Below, one piece after another: positions 55,641 to 64,000 of a DNA stretch of 64,000 nt; the stretch's first letter is position 1, and every line of letters begins with the position of its first letter. The notes below the pieces were generated by a model. That model was given only the letters and a program-made list of their open reading frames with translations. It searched no databases and was not told the DNA's origin. Origin of the DNA: Candidatus Falkowbacteria bacterium RIFOXYC2_FULL_36_12 (lineage in GTDB: Bacteria; Patescibacteriota; Patescibacteriia; UBA11705); the NCBI GenBank assembly GCA_001778235.1, contig MFGJ01000007.1, positions 264,331 through 328,330 of the forward strand, read 5' to 3'. A program made the translations under genes and the position numbers.

Positions 55641-57317
55641 TTAATAATTTCTTTTTGCTTTTAATTTATCAAGCGCCTGACAATATCTCATATATGGTTC
55701 AGTAAACCCACTATCGAGTTCCTCGATCGTAATATCAAAATCCTTTAACAATAAATCAACTGATTCCCGATAATGAGTTAAATTCTTGATATAGACTGTA
55801 AAATTGGAGATGCTCCATACATTTGCGGTAGCTTGATTTATTTGCTTTATTAATCTATCCAAAAAATCAAGGTCGTCTTCTAATTTTAACATAAATGACT
55901 CTACTACTTCTGTTTTACTGACCAAGGCTTTTAAAATTTTTCTTGCATTCTCTTCTTGAAGTGTATATTCTCTCAAACAATTACCAATAAATTCAAACTT
56001 GTCTTGTTTTTCAATGTTGCCAGAATACTTTTTTATATCATCAAGAAGTTCTTTTTGTTCAGATGGTGTCTCGGCTAAATCTATATGACCAATCTCTCCG
56101 TCAGCTTCAAACCTACCAAAACCGTATACTTCCCCCTCATCACGAACGAATCTATTGCCATCACCAATAAAATAACCAAAAATAATACCTGATCTTTTCC
56201 CCCCGATTGTATATGGATACTTTTTATCAACAGGTACAATCAATTTTTGTCTAAGTTCAAAGGAGGGAACTGTTTCACCTGTTTTCAATTTGTAAACTGG
56301 ATATGCTATTGCTTTTCGTAGATCTTTCTTTTTTTGTTCTGCAATCTTTTTAACATCATATCGATTGGCGATAGCACGATAAACAGCCAACTGTGCCTTT
56401 TTACGATTATTGCTGGCTCTAATATACATCAAGTCACGCATAGCTTGCGTATCAAGATCACCTAATTCCTTTTCCTCCTTTTCTTGTTGATAAACTGTTT
56501 CTATTGGTGTAAATTTACCAAGCTCATAATCAAACCAAGAACGACTAACTAAATCTGCAATATCTCGAGCAGAGAAACCAACTGCATACAAACCACTTAT
56601 TGCTTCGAGAGCAGAGAGGACTTCGTCGGCGGAAGATAATTTCATAATTCCACCATAATTTCTCTGCAGAGTTTCTGCGATTGCACGCAAACTATACTTA
56701 CTTCCAACATGGAAATAACCTTCAACATAGGCCTGTGCTTCAGTCAACAATGCTGATGGGAACCTATTTTTTTTATAATGTAAAAAATGTATTAGTTCAT
56801 GTATTAAAGTATAAACGGAGTCTGGCAAAGCTCCATTCCTAATAATATAAACTAACTGTTTACGCAATTCTGGCATTGGAGAACCGATATGGACCTCTTT
56901 CTGTTGTGGTTCATACTGACCTCTAAATTCGATTTTGGGGCCATGGTGCTGAAGATTTAGACCAAACACTTGTTCTGAATCAAAAATAATTTTACCTCCA
57001 ACATTTGGTTGTTGAGTCAAATCTCGCTTCAAAATTTCTATACCAAGCGAATTTAAAGTTTGAAAAAAAGTAGAATTTGCTTCCAGTTGAGTCTTTACCT
57101 CGTCGGCTATTTCGTCTAAAACGGTTTCAGGCATTATTTCTTTGTCAACCAAAATATTATTATAGAGAATAAAATTATATTTTTTTAGTTCCCGATCCAG
57201 TTTTTTTCTCTCGGCTAATAACTCGGTATATCGCTTACCTAAAATAGTTTCCCATTTTTTGGTTGGACTTTTCTCTGTTTCAGGCATTATTTCATTGACA
57301 AAATGTTTTTCCGACAT
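55641..57317 (-). CDS. Hypothetical protein with HExxH zinc-metallopeptidase motif
   Basis: FRGQY...TLIHELIHFLH...LTEAQAY. Confidence 0.6.
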   Translation of the reverse strand: MSEKHFVNEIMPETEKSPTKKWETILGKRYTELLAERKKLDRELKKYNFILYNNILVDKEIMPETVLDEIADEVKTQLEANSTFFQTLNSLGIEILKRDLTQQPNVGGKIIFDSEQVFGLNLQHHGPKIEFRGQYEPQQKEVHIGSPMPELRKQLVYIIRNGALPDSVYTLIHELIHFLHYKKNRFPSALLTEAQAYVEGYFHVGSKYSLRAIAETLQRNYGGIMKLSSADEVLSALEAISGLYAVGFSARDIADLVSRSWFDYELGKFTPIETVYQQEKEEKELGDLDTQAMRDLMYIRASNNRKKAQLAVYRAIANRYDVKKIAEQKKKDLRKAIAYPVYKLKTGETVPSFELRQKLIVPVDKKYPYTIGGKRSGIIFGYFIGDGNRFVRDEGEVYGFGRFEADGEIGHIDLAETPSEQKELLDDIKKYSGNIEKQDKFEFIGNCLREYTLQEENARKILKALVSKTEVVESFMLKLEDDLDFLDRLIKQINQATANVWSISNFTVYIKNLTHYRESVDLLLKDFDITIEELDSGFTEPYMRYCQALDKLKAKRNY

Positions 57318-57338
57318 AAAATATCTTTATTATCTAAA

Positions 57339-58448
57339 TTACCTAATTGATTTATATCCGCCCTCAACGCCGTTTGGCGATAAGACAATCTGCCAAAGCT
57401 GATTTTTGCGACAACGAAATGAGGCGGCACAACTTAGCAAATAAAATTCCCACATTTTGAAAAACTTTGGTGGATAATTGTCTTTTATTGCATCCCAATT
57501 ATTTGTGAAGTTATTGTACCAAGCCATCAATGTTTTGTCATAATAAATACCAAAATTGTGCCAATCCTCCATAACGAATAAACCTTCGAATGATTTGGCT
57601 AATTGTTTAATCCCAGGAAGCATTGAATTGGGGAAAATATATTTTTCAATCCAAGCATTGGTGCTAGTAACAGATTTATTACCACCAATTGTATGCAAGA
57701 GAAATAAACCATTATCTTTCAGACAACGACTTACCATTTGCATATATGTCCTGTAATTTTTGTAACCAACATGCTCAATCATGCCAAGTGAAATAATGTG
57801 ATCAAATTTTTCATTGACTTCACGATAATCCTGCAGTCTAATTTCAACCGGTAAGCCAGCACAATTTTCCTCGGCTAATTGTTTTTGCTCTTTGGAAATA
57901 GTGATGCCTACAACTTCAGCTCCATATTTTTCAGCTGCAAACTTGGCAAAGCTACCCCAGCCACAACCAATGTCAAGAATTCTGTCTCCGGATTTTAAAT
58001 TTATTTTTTTACAGACTAAGTCTAATTTATTTTCCTGCGCTTGGTCTAAATTGTCTGTGTCTTTCCAATAACCACAGGTGTAAACCATGCTTTGGCCCAA
58101 CATACGATGATACAAATCATTACCAATATCATAGTGATGCTCACCTACCTTGAGAGAACGAGCCTGGGTCTGTAGATTCATAACAAATGATTTTACCACA
58201 GGAAAAATAAATTTCCATGGTTGAATTTTTTTGTCTAAATTAGAGGACAAAAGCTTTGTCAGTAATTGATCAAGTTGCCCAGAGCTCCACCAACCGTCCA
58301 TATAGGCTTCACCAAAGCCCAATGAACCCCTAGATAAAACTCGGTCATATAAACGAGTATCTAAAACCTGGAGATCAAATGGACGGGAGCCATTTATTTC
58401 AATGTCAGCATGATTTAATAATTGTGCGATTTTTTCTTGAGTGGTCAT
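57339..58448 (-). CDS. cfa: Cyclopropane-fatty-acyl-phospholipid synthase
   Basis: GEAYMDGWW, HYDIGNDLY, YTCGYW, LDIGCGWG, EHVG, YIFP, RKNQLWQ. Confidence 0.95.
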   Translation of the reverse strand: MTTQEKIAQLLNHADIEINGSRPFDLQVLDTRLYDRVLSRGSLGFGEAYMDGWWSSGQLDQLLTKLLSSNLDKKIQPWKFIFPVVKSFVMNLQTQARSLKVGEHHYDIGNDLYHRMLGQSMVYTCGYWKDTDNLDQAQENKLDLVCKKINLKSGDRILDIGCGWGSFAKFAAEKYGAEVVGITISKEQKQLAEENCAGLPVEIRLQDYREVNEKFDHIISLGMIEHVGYKNYRTYMQMVSRCLKDNGLFLLHTIGGNKSVTSTNAWIEKYIFPNSMLPGIKQLAKSFEGLFVMEDWHNFGIYYDKTLMAWYNNFTNNWDAIKDNYPPKFFKMWEFYLLSCAASFRCRKNQLWQIVLSPNGVEGGYKSIR

Positions 58449-58589
58449 ATAATTTATTTAATTCCATACTACCAGTTTATCTAATTTTTGCCAAAAAGAC
58501 AAAAGTATGGGATGATTGCAGGTCAAATCGATTAATTAGACGATTCAACTACTTTGATAAATGCCTAAAAAGTGGTAAAATTACATTAT

Positions 58590-59519
58590 ATGAAAAATTT
58601 TATAATAAGAAAAAACTTTATTGGAGAAAGACTGGACAAGTATTTAACTGTAAGAATGGAGATAACACGGTCTCAAATCAAAAAATTAATCAATAGCAAC
58701 GGAGTTCTAGTCAATAAGAAAGTTCCGAGTACTCACCAATTCCTAAAACCTGGGGATCGAATAGCCATTTTAGGTGAAGAACAAAGAACTGAACCAGAAA
58801 AACTAGCCAGTAATACAAGGAAAATTCTCGAACCTCAAATTATCTATGATTGCGAGGATTATTTTATTATTAATAAACCTGCGGGCATGCTGGTTCATCC
58901 GACAAGACGACAAGAAAAGAACACTTTGATTGACTGGTTACTGAAAAAATACCCAGCACTAGCAAAAGTTGGCGAAGACCCTGCTCGTCCAGCTCTAGTA
59001 CATCGATTAGATAAAGAAGTTTCAGGACTGATGATAATACCACGAAATTTAAATTCTTTTGATTTTTTCAAAGCGCAATTCAAACAAAGAACAATCAAAA
59101 AAGAATACCTGGCTTTGGTTCACGGAGTACTGGCCAATGAAGCTGGGGAGCTAACTTTCCCGATTGCCAGATCAAAGGATGGAAAATTTATTGCTCAACC
59201 AATCGGCTCTGAAGATGGAAAAAGTGCCATAACAAATTATAAAATTAAAAAAAGATTCTTGCACTATACTTTACTTCATGTTCAACCAAAAACTGGTAGA
59301 ACCAACCAAATCAGAATTCATTTAAATGCAATCACCCACCCGATTGTCGGGGATACTCTATATACTTCAAGAAAAGTTGAACAAAGAAGTAAATTAAAAT
59401 TAAATAGAGTTTTCCTGCATGCAAGTAGATTAATTTTTATTGACATGAATGGTCAGGAAAAAGTTTTTGAAGCCTCATTACCGAAACAATTAACTGAATT
59501 ATTGAATAATTTAACCTAA
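58590..59519 (+). CDS. RluA/RluD family pseudouridine synthase with S4 domain
   Basis: RLDKYL, NKPAGMLVHP, VHRLDKEVSG, TGRTNQIR, GDTLY, LHA. Confidence 0.93.
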   Translation: MKNFIIRKNFIGERLDKYLTVRMEITRSQIKKLINSNGVLVNKKVPSTHQFLKPGDRIAILGEEQRTEPEKLASNTRKILEPQIIYDCEDYFIINKPAGMLVHPTRRQEKNTLIDWLLKKYPALAKVGEDPARPALVHRLDKEVSGLMIIPRNLNSFDFFKAQFKQRTIKKEYLALVHGVLANEAGELTFPIARSKDGKFIAQPIGSEDGKSAITNYKIKKRFLHYTLLHVQPKTGRTNQIRIHLNAITHPIVGDTLYTSRKVEQRSKLKLNRVFLHASRLIFIDMNGQEKVFEASLPKQLTELLNNLT

Positions 59520-59524
59520 CTGAT

Positions 59525-60394
59525 ATGGTATTAGCTGAACAATTTAATGAAGCAAACCAATTAAGATCAAGAAAAGAAGAAAAAAAGGAGACTTTTTTAT
59601 CTAACTTACAAGCACGCGAGGCGATGATCAATCAAACGATAAACCATGAACTTGTCAGCAACCATTTGCCGTTTACAACCGAGAAAAGAGATGATCAATT
59701 TGATTTGATGAGATTAGAATTTTCTTTTTGCCAACATAGATTGCTGGAAGATAAAGCCTCATATATAAAAAGACCAGAACAGGATGATGATGTTATAAAG
59801 ATAAGCTTTGAAATTGATAGTGGAGAAAAACTAAGAATGATTCAAGTGACTTCAAATGAAGACCTACTTGGCAAGAGTCTAGCCAGACGACTGAACATGT
59901 CAGAAAATAAAAGCCAAATTCAAAAAATCCTCAAGTCAAACCCAAATGAATTGGCTGGATTTATAGCCAATTTGTTCCGCGATGATTTTATTACAAAACA
60001 AATGATAAAAGCTTTTGAGGTCGAAACCATTGACCAAGCAAGAACATATCTGACTAATAGTATCTTTGACCTTGGTAAAAGAAAGTTAATCAGCAACTTA
60101 CTGTTAGCGACTATTAACTCAATGCTAGAAAAAGCGACTCAAAATTATATACAAAAAAATAAAAATAGTCTGTCAGTACCTGAACTTGAATCAGAGTTGG
60201 ATCAAATCATAGATGAATTTTCTGAACTAGAAATCACCAAGACTGAAGTAGCTGAAATCCAAGTAAATGTGCTCAAATATTTAATAGACGGAAAAACACC
60301 AGAGCAAAGACAGAAAAATTTGCCTGAATTTAAGCATCGAGAAAGAAAGAAATACCTTGACCATCTAAGGCGTCAAATGATTAAAGCAGTTTAA
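59525..60394 (+). CDS. Hypothetical protein
   Basis: 289-aa ORF in operon arrangement; no recognisable motif. Confidence 0.65.
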   Translation: MVLAEQFNEANQLRSRKEEKKETFLSNLQAREAMINQTINHELVSNHLPFTTEKRDDQFDLMRLEFSFCQHRLLEDKASYIKRPEQDDDVIKISFEIDSGEKLRMIQVTSNEDLLGKSLARRLNMSENKSQIQKILKSNPNELAGFIANLFRDDFITKQMIKAFEVETIDQARTYLTNSIFDLGKRKLISNLLLATINSMLEKATQNYIQKNKNSLSVPELESELDQIIDEFSELEITKTEVAEIQVNVLKYLIDGKTPEQRQKNLPEFKHRERKKYLDHLRRQMIKAV

Positions 60395-60402
60395 GATGCA
60401 TT

Positions 60403-62280
60403 ATGGGGTTAAAAATTTTTCGACCAGAAAACTTGATAGCTGAAAAAAAATTAACTAAAAAATTCATATCACGACTGGGGGATGACCCCAGTTTAGGTTT
60501 TATTTCAAAACTTTTTGAACAGTTGCCTGAACTTCAGCTTTATCTCGTAGGCGGAATGGTCAGAGATATGATAACGGATTACCCTATTACCAAGGACTAT
60601 GATTTTGTGGCCAGAGGTGTGCCAATGAAAACACTAGTGACTGAATTACAACGACACGGCACATTGAGCTATGTTGGCAAGAATTTTGGAGTGATAAAAT
60701 TTGTTCCAGAAAATAGCCCCAGGCCAGACCCAATTGATATTGCCCTACCACGAACTGAATTGCCACAAGGGACTGGCGGTTATCGCGATGTAAAAATTGC
60801 CTCAAACCACAAGCTATTGATCGAAGATGATTTGGCGAGAAGAGATTTGACTATAAATGCGATGGCTTGGGATATCAGAAATCAGAGTTTAATAGATCCT
60901 TTTAACGGACAAAAAGATTTGGCTGACAAACAAATTCGTGCAGTTGGTAATCCTGAACAAAGATTTCAAGAAGATTATTCTCGTATGCTTAGAGCAATTA
61001 GATTTGCTTGTAAATTGGATTTTGAAATTGAAGAAAAAACTTTTCAGGCAATAAAAAAATTAATGCCTCACATAAATGACCAAAAAAAAGTTCGGCTAAT
61101 TGATACACTTGAAAGACAATCAGATATGGCAACGGATGAGCAATTAATCGGAAAATTAAAACAAAAACTTAAAGAACAAAAAATAACAAACCAAGAAGAA
61201 ACTAGACTTGAATATTTAGTTGCCAGAGAAACAGTTGGGTCTGAATTATTAAAATCACTAGAAGCAAATCCGAGAAAAGCGATTAGCCTTTTTGAGAACT
61301 GCCTGGCCATAGACAGACTACTTCCAGAAGTTCTGGAAATGAAGGGGTGCAAACAACCAACTGAATTTCATGCTGAAGGAGATGTTTGGCAACATACTAT
61401 GTTACTTTTAGAAAAAATTGAGTCAGCAGAATTTCAAGAATATTTTTCAGGGGAAACAATTTCTGGAGAATTTGTTCTCGGGGCCATTTTACATGACGCG
61501 GGCAAACCATTAACAATAAAAATGCCTACCAAAGATAAGCTAGATCGAATCAGATTTGATGGCCATGATGTTGTCGGAGCTGAAATTGTTGATCAAGTTT
61601 GTGAGAGATTCAAGTTTGCAGAATCGCAGAGAGAATTACTACGATTCATGATAAAAAATAATATGTTGGCAATGTCAGCAAAAAATATTTTTGATATACG
61701 AACCAATAAATTTTCAGAGAGGTTCATTGATAGCCCATATTCTAGAGAATTATTGATGCTGTTATTCCTAGACTGCGCCTCCAGTTTACGGTCAGATGGC
61801 AGTGTATCGATGGATAATTTTGCTGATACAGTTCAAAGGATTAAACAAATCAAGGAAATCAGAATGAGTCAACCTGATGTAATTATTTCAGGAAAAAAAT
61901 TACTCCAAACTTTAGGCCTAAAAAAAGGCGGACCACTGATGTGGTATGTGACACAAATTATTAAAGAGCTGGCTGATCAGGGAAAAATTAATTCTGAAGA
62001 TGGGGCTATTAATTTTGTAGAAAAAAATAAAAGTTATTTTCTGATTTTTATCCCAAGGGTTGATGATTTGGCACTTTTAATCAGGCTTGCAGTAAAAATG
62101 AAAAAAGCTTCGGGAAAAAGTCTCGAGAAATTGTGCGGAGAGGCCAAACAACTAAAAAATTTGAATTTTATTGATTGGGAGAAACCAAAACAAGCACTCG
62201 ATTTATTACTTAGGACAGCGATTATTACTGATGAAAGAGAACAAATCCTGCAAGAAATACAGGAAAATATACAATTTTAA
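60403..62280 (+). CDS. CCA-adding enzyme / poly(A) polymerase family with HD domain
   Basis: LVGGMVRD, DYD, DLARRDLTINAMA, EDYSRMLRAIRF, HAEGDVWQHT, LHDAGK. Confidence 0.92.
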   Translation: MGLKIFRPENLIAEKKLTKKFISRLGDDPSLGFISKLFEQLPELQLYLVGGMVRDMITDYPITKDYDFVARGVPMKTLVTELQRHGTLSYVGKNFGVIKFVPENSPRPDPIDIALPRTELPQGTGGYRDVKIASNHKLLIEDDLARRDLTINAMAWDIRNQSLIDPFNGQKDLADKQIRAVGNPEQRFQEDYSRMLRAIRFACKLDFEIEEKTFQAIKKLMPHINDQKKVRLIDTLERQSDMATDEQLIGKLKQKLKEQKITNQEETRLEYLVARETVGSELLKSLEANPRKAISLFENCLAIDRLLPEVLEMKGCKQPTEFHAEGDVWQHTMLLLEKIESAEFQEYFSGETISGEFVLGAILHDAGKPLTIKMPTKDKLDRIRFDGHDVVGAEIVDQVCERFKFAESQRELLRFMIKNNMLAMSAKNIFDIRTNKFSERFIDSPYSRELLMLLFLDCASSLRSDGSVSMDNFADTVQRIKQIKEIRMSQPDVIISGKKLLQTLGLKKGGPLMWYVTQIIKELADQGKINSEDGAINFVEKNKSYFLIFIPRVDDLALLIRLAVKMKKASGKSLEKLCGEAKQLKNLNFIDWEKPKQALDLLLRTAIITDEREQILQEIQENIQF

Positions 62281-62444
62281 ATATTTATACCATTCTTGAC
62301 ATAATTTTATAAATAAGTTATCATATTGTCATCGTGTAATTTAACTAAAGCTAGATAAAAAAGTAAATAAAACAAGAACAGAATAAAGTGAGTACAGTAG
62401 ACATACAAATATTCTCTGATCTCTCTTTACTGGTATAAAAATAT

Positions 62445-62819
62445 ATGGCTGAAGAAAAGAAACAAGCTGAACAAACTGAAGTTCCAGCTCTAACAATCGA
62501 ATCAAAACAATACCCTGATGTTGTACCAGGAACGGTTGTTCGTGTTCACGAAAAAATCGTTGAAGTAAACCCAAAAGGTGAAGAGAAAAAAAGAGTTCAG
62601 ATTTTTGAAGGGACTGTACTTGAAAGAAGACATGGCAAAGGAATCAGTGCCACTATTACGGTTCGAAAAACCAGTAAAGGTTTCGGAGTAGAAAAGATTT
62701 TCCCTATAAGCTCACCGATAATTGAAAAAATTGAAGTAGTAAAAAGATATGAAGTACGCAGAGCAAATCTAGGATATTTGAGAGACTATTTCAAGAGATT
62801 AAAAGAAGTAATAAAATAA
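62445..62819 (+). CDS. rplS: 50S ribosomal protein L19
   Basis: [11 protein letters not shown]...[17 protein letters not shown]. Confidence 0.95.
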   Translation: MAEEKKQAEQTEVPALTIESKQYPDVVPGTVVRVHEKIVEVNPKGEEKKRVQIFEGTVLERRHGKGISATITVRKTSKGFGVEKIFPISSPIIEKIEVVKRYEVRRANLGYLRDYFKRLKEVIK

Positions 62820-62959
62820 TTTAATAGCGACATAAGCCTTTGTAATAAGGGTTTTTGTTTTGACAATACAGGAGAGATTAATCCATTAGCTGATTGACGC
62901 TTCCATTTGGAAGCGCCGGCTTTTTGACCGCGACAATAATGGCGGGAGGAAAGGAGGGA

Positions 62960-63370
62960 ATGATGAAAATTTTGCTGGTTGATCATGATAAAATATTTCT
63001 TCAAACTCTGAAAGAAAATCTAGAGCAAACACTGGATGCTGATAGTCGAACAAAAGGTAAAACTGAAATCCTTGTAGCTTATAATGGGAAAGATGGACAA
63101 AAAATGTTTGGAGAACATCATCCTGATGTGGTAATCAGTGCAATTATGTTGCCAGTCTGCAATGGTTGGGAAATGATGAGAAATATCAGAGCGATGGAAG
63201 CAGGTAATGGCGGGACAAGATGTTTGGCTGTGACCATTACAGCAATTGGTCCTAATTTGAATGAAATCACTTCCCCACTTTATGGGTTTGATGATTTTGT
63301 TGATAAACCAATTTGTGGTACTGAAGTTACTTGGTTAGCTGAAAAAATCCGTGTAAAAATGTTCCAATAA
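62960..63370 (+). CDS. Single-domain receiver protein lacking the phosphoacceptor Asp
   Basis: KILLVDHD, PDVVISAIMLP..NG, FVDKP; strong SD aaggagg. Confidence 0.8.
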   Translation: MMKILLVDHDKIFLQTLKENLEQTLDADSRTKGKTEILVAYNGKDGQKMFGEHHPDVVISAIMLPVCNGWEMMRNIRAMEAGNGGTRCLAVTITAIGPNLNEITSPLYGFDDFVDKPICGTEVTWLAEKIRVKMFQ

Positions 63371-63458
63371 AAATACCTTCGCAAACTACGAAGGATTTTT
63401 TTATTTAATAAGATTAGGTGAAAAACTGCTACTTATGAAAATTATTTTGTGTTTTGAA

Positions 63459-63604
63459 CCCCAGACCTGCCTTCATCAAGATTACGGCAGGCAAGCCCCA
63501 GAGATGTTCATGTTCGATGGTTTAAATATATAGACTTGGTGGTGGTGTTGACGGCAAGAAAGCCCCCAGACCTGCCTTCATCAAGATTACGGCAGGCAAG
63601 CCCC
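63459..63604 (+). repeat. Two copies of the 41-bp unit ccccaga[30-bp element]cccc
   Basis: 63459-63499 and 63564-63604 are identical to 4811-4851. Confidence 0.9.
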
Positions 63605-63725
63605 GATGCTATAAAACTTACTTCCGTGGAAAATGAATCGCAGGCGATTAAATTATTTAGAGATGTGAAGGCTATGGCTTGCAAAATTAAAACCACCAGC
63701 ATTTATGCTGATGGTTTTAATTTGA

Positions 63726-64000
63726 TTATTTTAGTTCTTTAATAAGATATTTCGCGGTCAAAGACTTTTTATTTTTTATAATATCTTTTGGAGTGCCCTC
63801 GGCAACAACAAACCCACCTTCATCTCCCCCACCTGGCCCTAAATCAACCACCCAGTCAGCATTTTTTATGACATCCATATTGTGCTCAATAACTAAAACT
63901 GTGTTCCCCTTCTCAACCAAACGATTTAAAATTAATAACAATTTATTTATATCATCAAAATGTAACCCAGTTGTTGGTTCGTCCAATATATAAAGAGTTT
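63726..64000 (-). CDS. uvrA: Excinuclease ABC subunit UvrA (3' end only)
   Basis: [39 protein letters not shown]. Confidence 0.93.
   Translation of the reverse strand, partial: TLYILDEPTTGLHFDDINKLLLILNRLVEKGNTVLVIEHNMDVIKNADWVVDLGPGGGDEGGFVVAEGTPKDIIKNKKSLTAKYLIKELK

Noticed and set aside
63508..63742. Short ORFs 63508-63702 and 63536-63742
   Set aside because: Span repeat elements in the convergent spacer; no start context or motif

Overview
AT-rich chromosomal segment of a small-genome bacterium. Gene content and style point to Patescibacteria/CPR (Parcubacteria-like; inference): core genes mostly without Shine-Dalgarno motifs, archaeal-type AspRS, and giant pilin-anchored Cys-rich proteins. 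It carries an anaerobic RNR locus (nrdR-nrdD-nrdG) in which the glycyl-radical domain is split off as an unannotated 50-aa ORF. Other content: ftsA/ftsZ, a large surface-protein cluster, rpsU, a degenerate HisRS paralogue, lepB, LCP, der, pth, dprA, folC, topA, two tandem RelA/SpoT paralogues, parAB, three tRNAs, scpAB, an IMPDH/GMPR-family gene, aspS/asnS, a dUTPase fusion, cfa, rluD-like, a CCA-adding enzyme, rplS and the end of uvrA. The most unusual signals are non-coding. (i) A family of 20-36 bp hairpin elements with covarying stems has inserted without target duplication into other repeats, into itself and into tRNA-like sequence. (ii) About six stand-alone structured RNA candidates that I cannot assign to a known family have their own promoters and/or terminators, including a pair of adjacent sRNAs complementary to each other. 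No CRISPR array, transposase or prophage was seen.
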